This document shows, piece by piece, positions 9,421-17,808 of a stretch of 64,000 nt of DNA. The stretch covers positions 1-64,000 of the IMG/VR virus record IMGVR_UViG_3300005611_000008. One strand, written 5' to 3'. The notes beneath the pieces were generated by a model. The model ran no database searches. It saw only the letters and a program-made list of their open reading frames with translations, and was not told the origin of the DNA. A program made the position numbers and the translations under genes. Each line of letters begins with the position of its first letter. Position 1 is the stretch's first letter. Origin of the DNA: a virus. Taxonomy: Duplodnaviria; Caudoviricetes.

Positions 9421-9710
9421 GTGGTGACCACAACAAATACCACATGAAGGTGGAAGCGGTAAAACCTAAAGTACCGGGAACTATCAAGAACATGACGCAC
9501 GAAGAACTTCAAGATTATGCTTGGTGGTTGTACAAGAGAGTGGGTGAGTTAGAGCGTGAAAGAAAGTTCACAAAAGTATCTCGCGTTGAGGTGATTGGAA
9601 AAGAAGGTCGTGAGTATGTTCGATACTTCAAAGATGGTGAGTTTATGTATTATGGTCTCCAAGACGATGACCGCACACTGAAGATTTTTATTGAGGATGA
9701 TAACTTATGA
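9417..9710 (+). CDS. hypothetical protein
   Basis: VSRVEVI...GREYV...LQDDDRTLKIFI pattern; ATGA-coupled. Confidence 0.55.
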   Translation: MSGDHNKYHMKVEAVKPKVPGTIKNMTHEELQDYAWWLYKRVGELERERKFTKVSRVEVIGKEGREYVRYFKDGEFMYYGLQDDDRTLKIFIEDDNL

Positions 9711-9982
9711 ACAGACGAGGATTTTTAAGTGTAATTACAATGGGTGCTGTTGCGACACCAGTGGCGGCAATGGGTATCAAAGAATCATCTGACCCATCTG
9801 ATGCTCCCATCTCAGTGGAACATCTGTCAATCAGAAGTGGAACTAAGGAATCAAACAACAACAGCAGTTTCTTCAATGAAAGATACACTGAACACAAAAC
9901 AGTGAACATGGCAGTTGGCAAGGATGGTAATCTTTGGTTGAAGACAGAAGGCAATGAATGGAAAAGAGTGGTGACAGAGTAA
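9707..9982 (+). CDS. small protein with twin-arginine (Tat)-like signal
   Basis: MNRRGFLS followed by a hydrophobic stretch ending VAA. Confidence 0.6.
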   Translation: MNRRGFLSVITMGAVATPVAAMGIKESSDPSDAPISVEHLSIRSGTKESNNNSSFFNERYTEHKTVNMAVGKDGNLWLKTEGNEWKRVVTE

Positions 9983-10218
9983 TGAACGAACATGGATACT
10001 GTCCAAACTGCGGCAAAGACTTTGATGGCACAATGATTTGGGATACTTTCTTTGACAAGTATGGTGATGTTGACAAAGCAGATGAAGCAGCAGAATCATA
10101 CGGTGCTACACGAGAGCACGGTAAGTGGGGGTTGAAGATCGGCATTTACAGTATGGATGAAGATCGCACAACTCATTGGAAGTGTCCAGATTGTGAACAT
10201 GAGTGGGGAAGAGAATGA
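9982..10218 (+). CDS. zinc-ribbon protein
   Basis: CPNC...CPDC pairs. Confidence 0.6.
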   Translation: MNEHGYCPNCGKDFDGTMIWDTFFDKYGDVDKADEAAESYGATREHGKWGLKIGIYSMDEDRTTHWKCPDCEHEWGRE

Positions 10219-10652
10219 GTGACAAACTCACAGATGGAGAGATTGAAGAACTCCGTACTAAGAAACAAGCAATCAAAGAAGAACTCTATGATAAGGTGAA
10301 GATGGAGATGTTCGAAGCAAGTTCTGCGTTAGAAGGATTTCCATTACCATCAGAACAAGACATCACTCCAGACTCTTGGGTAATCATCGAAGTCAAAACT
10401 CCCGCAGGTCAGTTTCAGAAGATTCTTTCTGGTTGGAGTGGCGGTTATCTCTATGGAGATAGTTGGAGAATGTCAAGTCCAATGAAAGAACTCAACATCA
10501 AAGTCAATCAAGACTTCTTCACGGTTGACACAGAGAGTGGTTCGCGTTATACTTTATTTAAGAGTCGTCAAGGGTTGCGTATGAGCAACGCAAGTATTTA
10601 CAACGAACTCAAAGAAAAGTATGGTAATATGATGGAGATAGTAAAGTTATGA
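10215..10652 (+). CDS. conserved hypothetical phage protein
   Basis: PDSWVII...KILSGWSGGYLYGDSWRMSS pattern. Confidence 0.65.
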   Translation: MSDKLTDGEIEELRTKKQAIKEELYDKVKMEMFEASSALEGFPLPSEQDITPDSWVIIEVKTPAGQFQKILSGWSGGYLYGDSWRMSSPMKELNIKVNQDFFTVDTESGSRYTLFKSRQGLRMSNASIYNELKEKYGNMMEIVKL

Positions 10653-10921
10653 AAGAAAGAAATTTAAATTCTGATGGATACAATACTGATTTTTTTGACC
10701 GCATGGTCAGATCTAACGGTAAAGAACGGGCACTTGAAATTTTGGAATTGTTCCGCACAATGACTAATGAAAGTCGGACGGATTATTACTGTTGGATGTC
10801 AAGATATGCTTATACTGGTTGTCCTATGTTAAGTGGAAAATCTTATTATGATAGTTTTTATGCATGGAAAGATTATATTAAAAATCACATCATGAAAAGT
10901 TGTGGCGAAGTAGATGAGTGA
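10649..10921 (+). CDS. hypothetical protein
   Basis: 90-aa ORF, ATGA-coupled. Confidence 0.5.
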   Translation: MKERNLNSDGYNTDFFDRMVRSNGKERALEILELFRTMTNESRTDYYCWMSRYAYTGCPMLSGKSYYDSFYAWKDYIKNHIMKSCGEVDE

Positions 10922-11747
10922 AAAGAAAATAAACTTTTGTAGTGGATTGCCTAGAACAGGTAGCACTATTCTTATGAATATCCTACAACAACACCCTCAG
11001 ATTTTTACTACTGGAACATGTGCTCTCCCAGATGTATTGAAGAACCATATTCTTATTAAATCGCGATTTCGTGAGTCATTCCAAGCAATGTCCTGCGAAC
11101 AAGCAGACTCAGCAATGTACGGCATGATTCAAGGTGCAACACAGGGATGGTTCTCAGGACTCACAGACAAACCCATAGTCATTTCTAAAAACAGGGCATG
11201 GTCTGACCTATTGCATCTATATCCAAACAGTAAAACGATTGTTTGTGTGCGCGATATTCGCGATGTCGTCGAAAGTTTCGAACGAGTCAATAATAAACTT
11301 AAATCTATTCACTCTTTTGGAGATGCACACCATCTTTATCCTGCAATGCTTGAGGTTGAAAAATACGACTACTTCTTTAAAGAACTAAATGCTTTTTCGG
11401 CATCTTTATATCAAGAATTACCAAGACTGATGGAATTGTATAAGAAAGATTCAACACGAGTTAAGTTTGTTCGGTACGAAGACTTTTTAAAAGACCCTAC
11501 TACGATGTTGCACAACATCTATTCATTCTTAGATATGTCATACTATGAACACGACTTAAACAACATATCTTTGTCTGAACTGTTTGAACACGACAATGCA
11601 TACTTTCGAGAAAGGACAGATCACCACACACAACCAAAACTAGCAAGTTGGAAACCACCAGTGCGATTGCTATCGAAAGATTTCCATGATAAGATAGTTA
11701 ATAATCATCGATGGTTTTACGAAGGATTTTATCCAGAAGAGGTTTGA
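10914..11747 (+). CDS. sulfotransferase family protein
   Basis: 5'-PSB loop SGLPRTGSTILMNIL; 3'-PB motif VRDIRDVVES; VRYEDF. Confidence 0.85.
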   Translation: MSEKKINFCSGLPRTGSTILMNILQQHPQIFTTGTCALPDVLKNHILIKSRFRESFQAMSCEQADSAMYGMIQGATQGWFSGLTDKPIVISKNRAWSDLLHLYPNSKTIVCVRDIRDVVESFERVNNKLKSIHSFGDAHHLYPAMLEVEKYDYFFKELNAFSASLYQELPRLMELYKKDSTRVKFVRYEDFLKDPTTMLHNIYSFLDMSYYEHDLNNISLSELFEHDNAYFRERTDHHTQPKLASWKPPVRLLSKDFHDKIVNNHRWFYEGFYPEEV

Positions 11748-11748
11748 C

Positions 11749-11961
11749 ATGAGTGAAAAGAAGTATCAGTTAATGGTTGACCCAACCCCCGCAGGTTGGG
11801 CATATGGGTTTCCTCGTGCATTACCAGAGGAAGCAGTTGGGGGATCAGGATATGACCTTTGGATCAAACCTGATTTTGATTTAGCAGAGTGGGTATGCAG
11901 TTTTGGATACCCCGAAGAAAGTTTTCAAATGGTGAGGTATTATCCTCAAGAGGTAAAGTAA
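11749..11961 (+). CDS. hypothetical protein
   Basis: VDP..GWAYGFPR...GYP pattern. Confidence 0.55.
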   Translation: MSEKKYQLMVDPTPAGWAYGFPRALPEEAVGGSGYDLWIKPDFDLAEWVCSFGYPEESFQMVRYYPQEVK

Positions 11962-11962
11962 A

Positions 11963-12262
11963 ATGGTGGGTTGGTATAAACTCGGAAAGTTCGGTTATGG
12001 ATTACTGGATTCAGCAAAGAATGGACTCAAGGATTCACCGATGGAGTACAAGTTTTTACTAAGCAACACACTCGCGGCAATGTGGTGTATCGCATTTGGT
12101 ATCTACACAGCAGAGTTGGTGTATATCGGATACAACATTATCGGACACACGGTACTGATTACTTGTGTGTTCTTCACATGGTTTGTCTTTACTACAGAAA
12201 AGAAGAAGGCAGACCCATCACCGCCAAACAAGGTTCGTTGGAATCTAGAGAGGGAAGGATAA
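11963..12262 (+). CDS. membrane protein (2 TM)
   Basis: LAAMWCIAFGIY and HTVLITCVFFTWFVF hydrophobic helices. Confidence 0.6.
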   Translation: MVGWYKLGKFGYGLLDSAKNGLKDSPMEYKFLLSNTLAAMWCIAFGIYTAELVYIGYNIIGHTVLITCVFFTWFVFTTEKKKADPSPPNKVRWNLEREG

Positions 12263-12547
12263 TGTGTGGTGGAGTTTACGAAGACGAACTTGCTGAAGAG
12301 TTCGCAACTGAGTATACGAAGCAGTCGAAGAAGAAACCGATGGGTGATCTCAAGTTCATGACTGCACAAGACTTTATGGACGAGCAAGAAGACGATGGAT
12401 ACTGTACACCGGGGAGTGATCCGCAGGTATGAGCAAACAAATAGGAATGGCATTTGGAATAATTGCTCTCGCAGTCGGTATTCTTTTTGCTGACATTTTT
12501 TTGATTATGGCAGGAGCATTAGTGCTCGTGATTGAGAAAAATACCGA

Positions 12548-12796
12548 ATGACATACATAGAAGAGTTGATGACAGTTCTGGCAGAAGAATGTGCTGAAGT
12601 CATTCAAGCATCATGCAAGATCAAACGCTTTGGTTTGGATGGCAACAATCTGCAAGCACTGGCAAAAGAACTTGGTGATCTTCAGTGTATGATTGAGATG
12701 TGTCATGATGCAGACTTAATCTCATACTCTGAGATTGAAGAGCAGATTCAAGCAAAGCGAGAGAAACTCAAAGTGTATTCGGAGCATCTCAAATGA
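12548..12796 (+). CDS. MazG-like NTP pyrophosphohydrolase
   Basis: EECAEVIQA...KELGDL acidic motifs of the all-alpha NTP-PPase fold. Confidence 0.7.
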   Translation: MTYIEELMTVLAEECAEVIQASCKIKRFGLDGNNLQALAKELGDLQCMIEMCHDADLISYSEIEEQIQAKREKLKVYSEHLK

Positions 12797-12993
12797 CATT
12801 CAAATCCTATTGCTATGAATCTTGGTTAGCATACATGGACGAATGCTTGTGCTACAATCAGATAGCACAACCCTACAAAGATTGGTTTAGAGACAATCGT
12901 TGGTATCTAAAACGCATGTATCGTTTTCAACACGGCATGTTAAAGAAGGAATGGAAACCAAACTATGAGCGAATTATTTCCCCCAATCAATGA
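12793..12993 (+). CDS. hypothetical protein
   Basis: 66-aa ORF, ATGA-coupled. Confidence 0.5.
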   Translation: MTFKSYCYESWLAYMDECLCYNQIAQPYKDWFRDNRWYLKRMYRFQHGMLKKEWKPNYERIISPNQ

Positions 12994-13186
12994 AGCACAA
13001 AGAATCAATACAAGGTACGAACCGCGACTTGATCCAATACCAAAAGTCTCAACTCAAACTGATGAGGTGAGGCGAGTCTACGCAGATAAAGAAATAATTG
13101 ATACAATAGAGTTGACAACCTATGACAGAGGTGGTAATCTAAAGACTGTGATACTAACTTCTCAGGTTGTGAATTTTATTGTATGA
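12965..13186 (+). CDS. hypothetical protein
   Basis: 73-aa ORF coupled to the next gene. Confidence 0.5.
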   Translation: MSELFPPINEAQRINTRYEPRLDPIPKVSTQTDEVRRVYADKEIIDTIELTTYDRGGNLKTVILTSQVVNFIV

Positions 13187-13728
13187 ATGTATTTTACCTT
13201 GATACTGATCCAGTGAAGTGTGCAGAGATGCACTGTGATAAACATGTCGTGAAGATGATCATCGAATACGCACAGTTGCTATCTACAGCACACCGTGTAT
13301 TGGATGGAGAACTTTATGTCGATAAAACCGCAAATAATCGACAGATCAAGAGATGGAGATTACCAGACGAACGAGAAGACTACATCTATAAAGCATGCCA
13401 TGTCAATCACCCATCCGCGATTTGGACAAGAACAAGCAATAACAACTACACATGGTTGAATCAGTTGTTCAATGCTTTGTGTGATGAGTACACGCATCGT
13501 TACAATAGAGAGCATGAGACTGCACGAAAACTCCGTGGTAAGTTGACTCGACTTCCTACCAACATCGAGGTTGGTTACTTTAAAGAACCGCCACAGTGTA
13601 TGCCTTACCTTTGTAAGATGGATAAAGCAATCGATGGGTACAAGCGATACTATATAAGAGAGAAGGCAGATTTTGCCAAGTGGACTAATAGACAAATACC
13701 AGAGTGGTTTAAGAATGCCCTTATATGA
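13183..13728 (+). CDS. pyrimidine-dimer DNA glycosylase (DenV-like) family protein
   Basis: MNVFYLD..P..CA..HCDKHVVKM..E.AQLLSTAH and H.NHPS..W signature. Confidence 0.75.
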   Translation: MNVFYLDTDPVKCAEMHCDKHVVKMIIEYAQLLSTAHRVLDGELYVDKTANNRQIKRWRLPDEREDYIYKACHVNHPSAIWTRTSNNNYTWLNQLFNALCDEYTHRYNREHETARKLRGKLTRLPTNIEVGYFKEPPQCMPYLCKMDKAIDGYKRYYIREKADFAKWTNRQIPEWFKNALI

Positions 13729-14047
13729 TTTTTATAATGAGAACACTGATGAGATGGAAACGCATTCGATGCGTATCGCAGAACTCGATCAGTTCAAGGA
13801 AGACAATCCCCACTTGTCTCAGAGAATAACCAAAGCACCTAGTCTTGCTAGAGACAGTGGTATGATACAGGGGAAGATGGATGACGGTTGGAAAGAAAAT
13901 CTTACGCGCATCGCGGAAGCGCATCCAACATCTGCTCTCGCAGAGAAGGTTGGAGGAAGAGAAACCAAGCAACTCAAAACTCAAGAAGCACTCAAAAAAC
14001 ATACCTCAATCTTGAAGGGTGGCACAAACTACGGTTTGGACAAGTAA
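13715..14047 (+). CDS. FmdB-like small protein (Cys-less variant)
   Basis: MPLYDF N-terminus...DGWKENL.RI...HP; lies just upstream of the exonuclease; start refined to 13715. Confidence 0.55.
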   Translation: MPLYDFYNENTDEMETHSMRIAELDQFKEDNPHLSQRITKAPSLARDSGMIQGKMDDGWKENLTRIAEAHPTSALAEKVGGRETKQLKTQEALKKHTSILKGGTNYGLDK

Positions 14048-14718
14048 TGCCGTTCACTCACAAAGACTTTCAGTTAGAAGAACTGAACACAGAGACTATC
14101 GATGGAAAGAGATTCTATGTCACGCCTCAAGGAAAGTTGCCCTCTATTACAACGGTCTTGTCAATTTTGTCGAGAGATGCTATCAAGAAATGGAGAGAGC
14201 GAGTTGGTGAAGCAGAAGCAAACAAAATCAGCACAAAAGCATCACGACGAGGAACAAGCGTCCACGAAATGTGCGAGCACTATATCAACAATGATCTCGA
14301 TGCAAAGAAGTATCTTCCAAACGACAGAGAAACCTTCAACTCTCTTAAACCTATTCTCGACGAACACATCGATAATGTCTATGCTCAAGAAGTCCCTCTT
14401 TGGAGTGAGTATCTGGGTGTGGCAGGTCGTGTTGATTGTATTGCTGAGTGGGATGGTCGTATTGCTGTAATCGACTTCAAGACAAGTCGTAAACTCAAAA
14501 AGAAAGAATATATCTCCAACTACTTCCAACAGTGTGCTGCATATGCAGTGATGTGGGAGGAGCGAACTGGTATTCCAATAAATAATATTGTGGTTGTAAT
14601 CGCAGTGGATGGCGAAGAACCTCAAGTATTTGAGGAACGTAGGGATAACTACATTTACGAATGCGTAGAAACCATCGCTCGATACAGGAGAGAACAAAGT
14701 GGGAACTTTACCTCGTAA
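14047..14718 (+). CDS. PD-(D/E)xK exonuclease
   Basis: PSITTVL, RGTSVH, AGRVDCI, IDFKTS and YFQQCAAYA motifs; start refined to 14047. Confidence 0.85.
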   Translation: MPFTHKDFQLEELNTETIDGKRFYVTPQGKLPSITTVLSILSRDAIKKWRERVGEAEANKISTKASRRGTSVHEMCEHYINNDLDAKKYLPNDRETFNSLKPILDEHIDNVYAQEVPLWSEYLGVAGRVDCIAEWDGRIAVIDFKTSRKLKKKEYISNYFQQCAAYAVMWEERTGIPINNIVVVIAVDGEEPQVFEERRDNYIYECVETIARYRREQSGNFTS

Positions 14719-14899
14719 TATCTTTGAAACTTATGAACCGATACAGATTGGTGATTGGGGTTGTAAGGTGTCAAAGTATGGAAGTCAGATTATGGTTTTC
14801 ATGTGGCACATCCAAGCAATGGATACCTACCTACAATACTTTGATAGTGAGTATGATGCCGTGATATGGATGGAGTATATGAGTGCAAAATATGTTTGA
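14699..14899 (+). CDS. hypothetical protein
   Basis: 66-aa ORF ending at the tmRNA promoter. Confidence 0.45.
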   Translation: MGTLPRNIFETYEPIQIGDWGCKVSKYGSQIMVFMWHIQAMDTYLQYFDSEYDAVIWMEYMSAKYV

Positions 14900-14926
14900 C
14901 ATTTTAGTAAAAGTATAGTATAAATA
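14896..14926 (+). promoter_or_regulatory. composite sigma70 + T4 late promoter for tmRNA
   Basis: TTGACA(14896-901)-17 bp-TATAAA; the -10 box is part of a perfect late box TATAAATA (14919-26). Confidence 0.75.
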
Positions 14927-14930
14927 ATAT

Positions 14931-15290
14931 TGATTTGATGAAGCAGACCGAAAGGTTGATGGACGAGGGTGCGAATCCCTCCTGCTCCACCATAAGCACA
15001 CTGCGGGTGAGAGAACAATACTGAAAAGTATTTGTTGATCTGGGAACTTGGTACGACTCCCTCTTGTTCCTTTACAGTGTGTTTCTGATGGGGCAGATAT
15101 AGATTCGACATCGATGCAATTAGGAAAGTGGAGAATCCGTCAAGGCAGAAGGCGTTAGGATTGGGGGTTCCTGGTCGAAGAAGCAACTTAAAGTAAACGC
15201 AAACGATAATACATTTGCACTTGCTGCCTGATAAAGGTTAGCGGAGTTTTTTGGGGGTGTACTTGGCAACAGAAACACCCCCTCCATTTT
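14931..15290 (+). ncRNA. ssrA: circularly permuted (two-piece) tmRNA, alphaproteobacterial style
   Basis: The acceptor piece comes first: T-arm GAGGG-TGCGAAT-CCCTC, then CTGCTCC-ACCA ending 14992. After a 97-nt intervening sequence the coding piece starts GGGGCAG (15090), which pairs to give an Ala acceptor stem with G3:U70, followed by GATTCGAC. Tag ANDNTFALAA-TGA-TAA at 15199-15234; GGCAACAGAA 3' hairpin. Ends are approximate. Confidence 0.93.
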
Positions 15291-15303
15291 AGAGGCAACT
15301 CGC

Positions 15304-15627
15304 ATGAGAACACTCGCATTACTCATGTTGTTATGGACGACAGCATCATTTGCCGAACACCGTGGCATTGAACCAGACACCAAACAACTTCCCATTCAGT
15401 GTGGCGATAGTGAACATATGGTAGAAGGAATTAGAGAAAGATATTCTGAAGAAATTGTGATGATGTCACCAAGTCAAAATCAAGCAGGTCATGATCTGTT
15501 CCATTCTTTATGGATCAATGCAGGGACAACCACTTGGACATTCATGGTAGTAAACCGCAACCTTGGCATTGCATGTATCGTGGCAAGTGGTGACCAATTG
15601 AAAATGTTTTTCCCTTCAGGTATCTAA
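15304..15627 (+). CDS. secreted hypothetical protein
   Basis: Signal peptide ending ASFA; PIQCG...ACIVASG Cys pair. Confidence 0.65.
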   Translation: MRTLALLMLLWTTASFAEHRGIEPDTKQLPIQCGDSEHMVEGIRERYSEEIVMMSPSQNQAGHDLFHSLWINAGTTTWTFMVVNRNLGIACIVASGDQLKMFFPSGI

Positions 15628-15846
15628 GACACCTTTTTTGAGAAACCATTCTCGCATCTCGATGCATTGCCCTTCAAATAAGTGACCATCGGATGCGACG
15701 AACTTAAATCCGCCATCAGAGTTCATGACTTCCATTTGTGCGATTGTGTTGACAAAAGTCCCACACTCTTCATACGATGTGAAGACTCGATCTGAGATAT
15801 TTTCCAATCCACCGTTTATTGAAAATACTAATAAAACTTCAATCAT
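15616..15846 (-). CDS. small exported/membrane protein with a Cys pair
   Basis: MIEVLLVFS...FTSYEEC...GQC; ATGA-coupled. Confidence 0.55.
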   Translation of the reverse strand: MIEVLLVFSINGGLENISDRVFTSYEECGTFVNTIAQMEVMNSDGGFKFVASDGHLFEGQCIEMREWFLKKGVLDT

Positions 15847-15950
15847 TTTTTCTTCTTCCAAAACATTACTGTACCTGCGAGGTCTTCAACCTTTTCGTTG
15901 ACGAACCATCCTGATGCGAATCCAATAATAAATGCTGCTGTTAAAAACAT
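15843..15950 (-). CDS. 35-aa single-TM microprotein
   Basis: Own translation MFLTAAFIIGFASGWFVNEKVEDLAGTVMFWKKKK; coupled on both sides. Confidence 0.5.
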   Translation of the reverse strand: MFLTAAFIIGFASGWFVNEKVEDLAGTVMFWKKKK

Positions 15951-16222
15951 TATTTCTCTAACTCCTCTAATCGTCTTTCTAAGTCGTCAATCTTCTTAGT
16001 GATCTTTGGATACTTCTTACGCCACGCATCTTCTGGTTGCTCTAACCAAGTCCAACCATAACGCTCTACCAACCAATCCAAGTAGTAGTCTACCTTTCCA
16101 TAGAACCAAATACCGATGTTGGTCTCTTTGAGATATGCTAACGCAATTGCACCTACGATAGAACCACCGATAGCAGTCCAAATCCAGAGAGTGTCGCTAA
16201 ACATGCGATCAATCATTTCCAT
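15950..16222 (-). CDS. membrane protein with C-terminal coiled coil
   Basis: TM WIWTAIGGSIVGAIALAYL; KIDDLERRLEELEK. Confidence 0.6.
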   Translation of the reverse strand: MEMIDRMFSDTLWIWTAIGGSIVGAIALAYLKETNIGIWFYGKVDYYLDWLVERYGWTWLEQPEDAWRKKYPKITKKIDDLERRLEELEK

Positions 16223-16944
16223 CAGTCTTCCTTAGTGTATTCGATGTAAGAGTTCATGGCGTGATCTGCCGCTCCGTCAAAAGGTTTCAATGCCTTCCAC
16301 GAATCAAGTCGTCCCATCAACTTATCTTTGAATCTTTCCCACCAAGTCATAGGCACAATTTTTCCTTTACGGTTGATGTAGCGCAACATGCCATGGTGAT
16401 GATACAAAGGATATGGCGGCACACATGTCACGATATCGTTGTTGTTGACATGGCGATAATGCAAGACATGTAATGCGTCTACAAAGTCACTAGAACCAAC
16501 ACGAGGCGAACCATAAGTGAATAGTGCGTCCACTTTATCTACCATACGCGAAGCACACACGGTTGCCATTGCACCGCCAAGAGAATGCCCACAGATAAAC
16601 AGTTTATGATTTTTGAAGTATATTGACATGTGATTTTGAATTCTGTCCCAAACTTTATCAAGTTCGTCTTGGAATCCATCGTGAACATATCCATCAAGTT
16701 CTGCACGATCTGGAATCGCATTCAAGTCTGCGAGGATGTCAGAGAACTCATCTGGTTCTGTACCGCGAAAACAAAGAACATATACTTCTTTATCCCAAAC
16801 GATATGACATTGTGCTCCATCGATATCAACCATTTGGTAATAACGATACCCTTCTTTTGAGTATGCGTCTTGTGCTTCTTTTTCGTCTAAGTAGGCAAAT
16901 CCTGCCATCCTTGCCATGTGATGACAGTTTTCTTGGTGTATCAT
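16222..16944 (-). CDS. class 3 lipase (alpha/beta hydrolase)
   Basis: FRGTE, VHDGF, GHSLGGA nucleophile elbow, TYGSPRVG, NNNDIVT and C-terminal DH. Confidence 0.9.
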   Translation of the reverse strand: MIHQENCHHMARMAGFAYLDEKEAQDAYSKEGYRYYQMVDIDGAQCHIVWDKEVYVLCFRGTEPDEFSDILADLNAIPDRAELDGYVHDGFQDELDKVWDRIQNHMSIYFKNHKLFICGHSLGGAMATVCASRMVDKVDALFTYGSPRVGSSDFVDALHVLHYRHVNNNDIVTCVPPYPLYHHHGMLRYINRKGKIVPMTWWERFKDKLMGRLDSWKALKPFDGAADHAMNSYIEYTKED

Positions 16945-16966
16945 TATTATTCTCCCTTAGTACAAA

Positions 16967-17419
16967 TTACTTTGTGCCGTACTCTGTGATAACGTAGATC
17001 ATTCCCCATATTGAAGCACCGACTAACACAGCACTTATAATTCCTGCTATGGTGTATTCGGTTATCTTTTTTAATTTTTCTTTTTTGCGAACTTTTTCTA
17101 TTGTTGCTTGACGCTCTTGCTCATCACGTTCTGCTTTAGCATCTGATTGAAACTTTAACCAATCTTCCCACATGCCTCCGCGTCCCTGATAAATCATCAT
17201 CTGCTTCAGTTCTTCTTCTTGTGCTTTGAGTTGTTCTGCTGCCATGAACGCCTGAAGATCAGACTTGTATCCGTTTTCATGTGCTTTTTCTTGGATTTCT
17301 TTTTTGGCAGAAAAATACTGTGCGATGGTATCGCCCATCTCATATATCTCTTTACCGTCTGCTACGAATTGTTTGATTGTGCTGAATGCCGCACTCGCGA
17401 GTGCCATTTCTGCTAACAT
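16967..17419 (-). CDS. coiled-coil protein with C-terminal TM anchor
   Basis: 150 aa; helical body and a C-terminal hydrophobic helix. Confidence 0.6.
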   Translation of the reverse strand: MLAEMALASAAFSTIKQFVADGKEIYEMGDTIAQYFSAKKEIQEKAHENGYKSDLQAFMAAEQLKAQEEELKQMMIYQGRGGMWEDWLKFQSDAKAERDEQERQATIEKVRKKEKLKKITEYTIAGIISAVLVGASIWGMIYVITEYGTK

Positions 17420-17495
17420 GAGTCTTTCCTTTTTTCAGCGACTCATGATGTAATAATGATTAAATTGAACTTTCAATCAAGGTGAGTTATGCATC

Positions 17496-17507
17496 TATTT
17501 ATAAATA
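17496..17507. promoter_or_regulatory. palindromic bidirectional T4 late promoter
   Basis: TATTTATAAATA reads TATAAATA on both strands, between divergent operons. Confidence 0.7.
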
Positions 17508-17513
17508 GAAAAC

Positions 17514-17542
17514 TTGACACATCCTCTTTTACATGCTATTAT
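17514..17542 (+). promoter_or_regulatory. sigma70-type promoter for gp33-gp59
   Basis: TTGACA-17 bp-TATTAT with TGc extension. Confidence 0.75.
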
Positions 17543-17586
17543 CATACCATAATCGAAAAACTTAACATAACTGTAAAGGAATCTTA

Positions 17587-17808
17587 ATGCTTGATCTAAT
17601 GACATCGGCAAAATTCTCAATCATCATTGAGAAAGTAGTACAGCAACACCGACTGTCTTATATGGATGCTATCGTTTGGTGGTGCGAACAAAACGAGATG
17701 GAGATCGAGACTGCCGCAAAATTATGCAATGGAGTGATCAAAGAGAAACTCCGTTACGAGGCACAAGAACTGAACTTCATGGAGAAACCTAACCGCCTAC
17801 CTATATGA
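17587..17808 (+). CDS. 33: late transcription coactivator gp33
   Basis: FS..IE..V....LSYMDAIV.WCE.N.MEIE...KEKL..EA..LNF; 33-59-32 synteny. Confidence 0.88.
   Translation: MLDLMTSAKFSIIIEKVVQQHRLSYMDAIVWWCEQNEMEIETAAKLCNGVIKEKLRYEAQELNFMEKPNRLPI

Noticed and set aside
14047-14718. Exonuclease as Cas4 of a CRISPR system
   Set aside because: No Fe-S Cys cluster, array or other cas genes; it is a common stand-alone phage PD-(D/E)xK nuclease.
14962-14992. Stand-alone tRNA gene or attP remnant
   Set aside because: Only a T-arm and 3' acceptor strand are present; the matching 5' strand lies downstream, which the permuted tmRNA explains. No integrase is present.
14827-15395. Minus-strand ORFs 14827..15186 and 15120..15395
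   Set aside because: Shadow ORFs over the tmRNA with no protein-like features.
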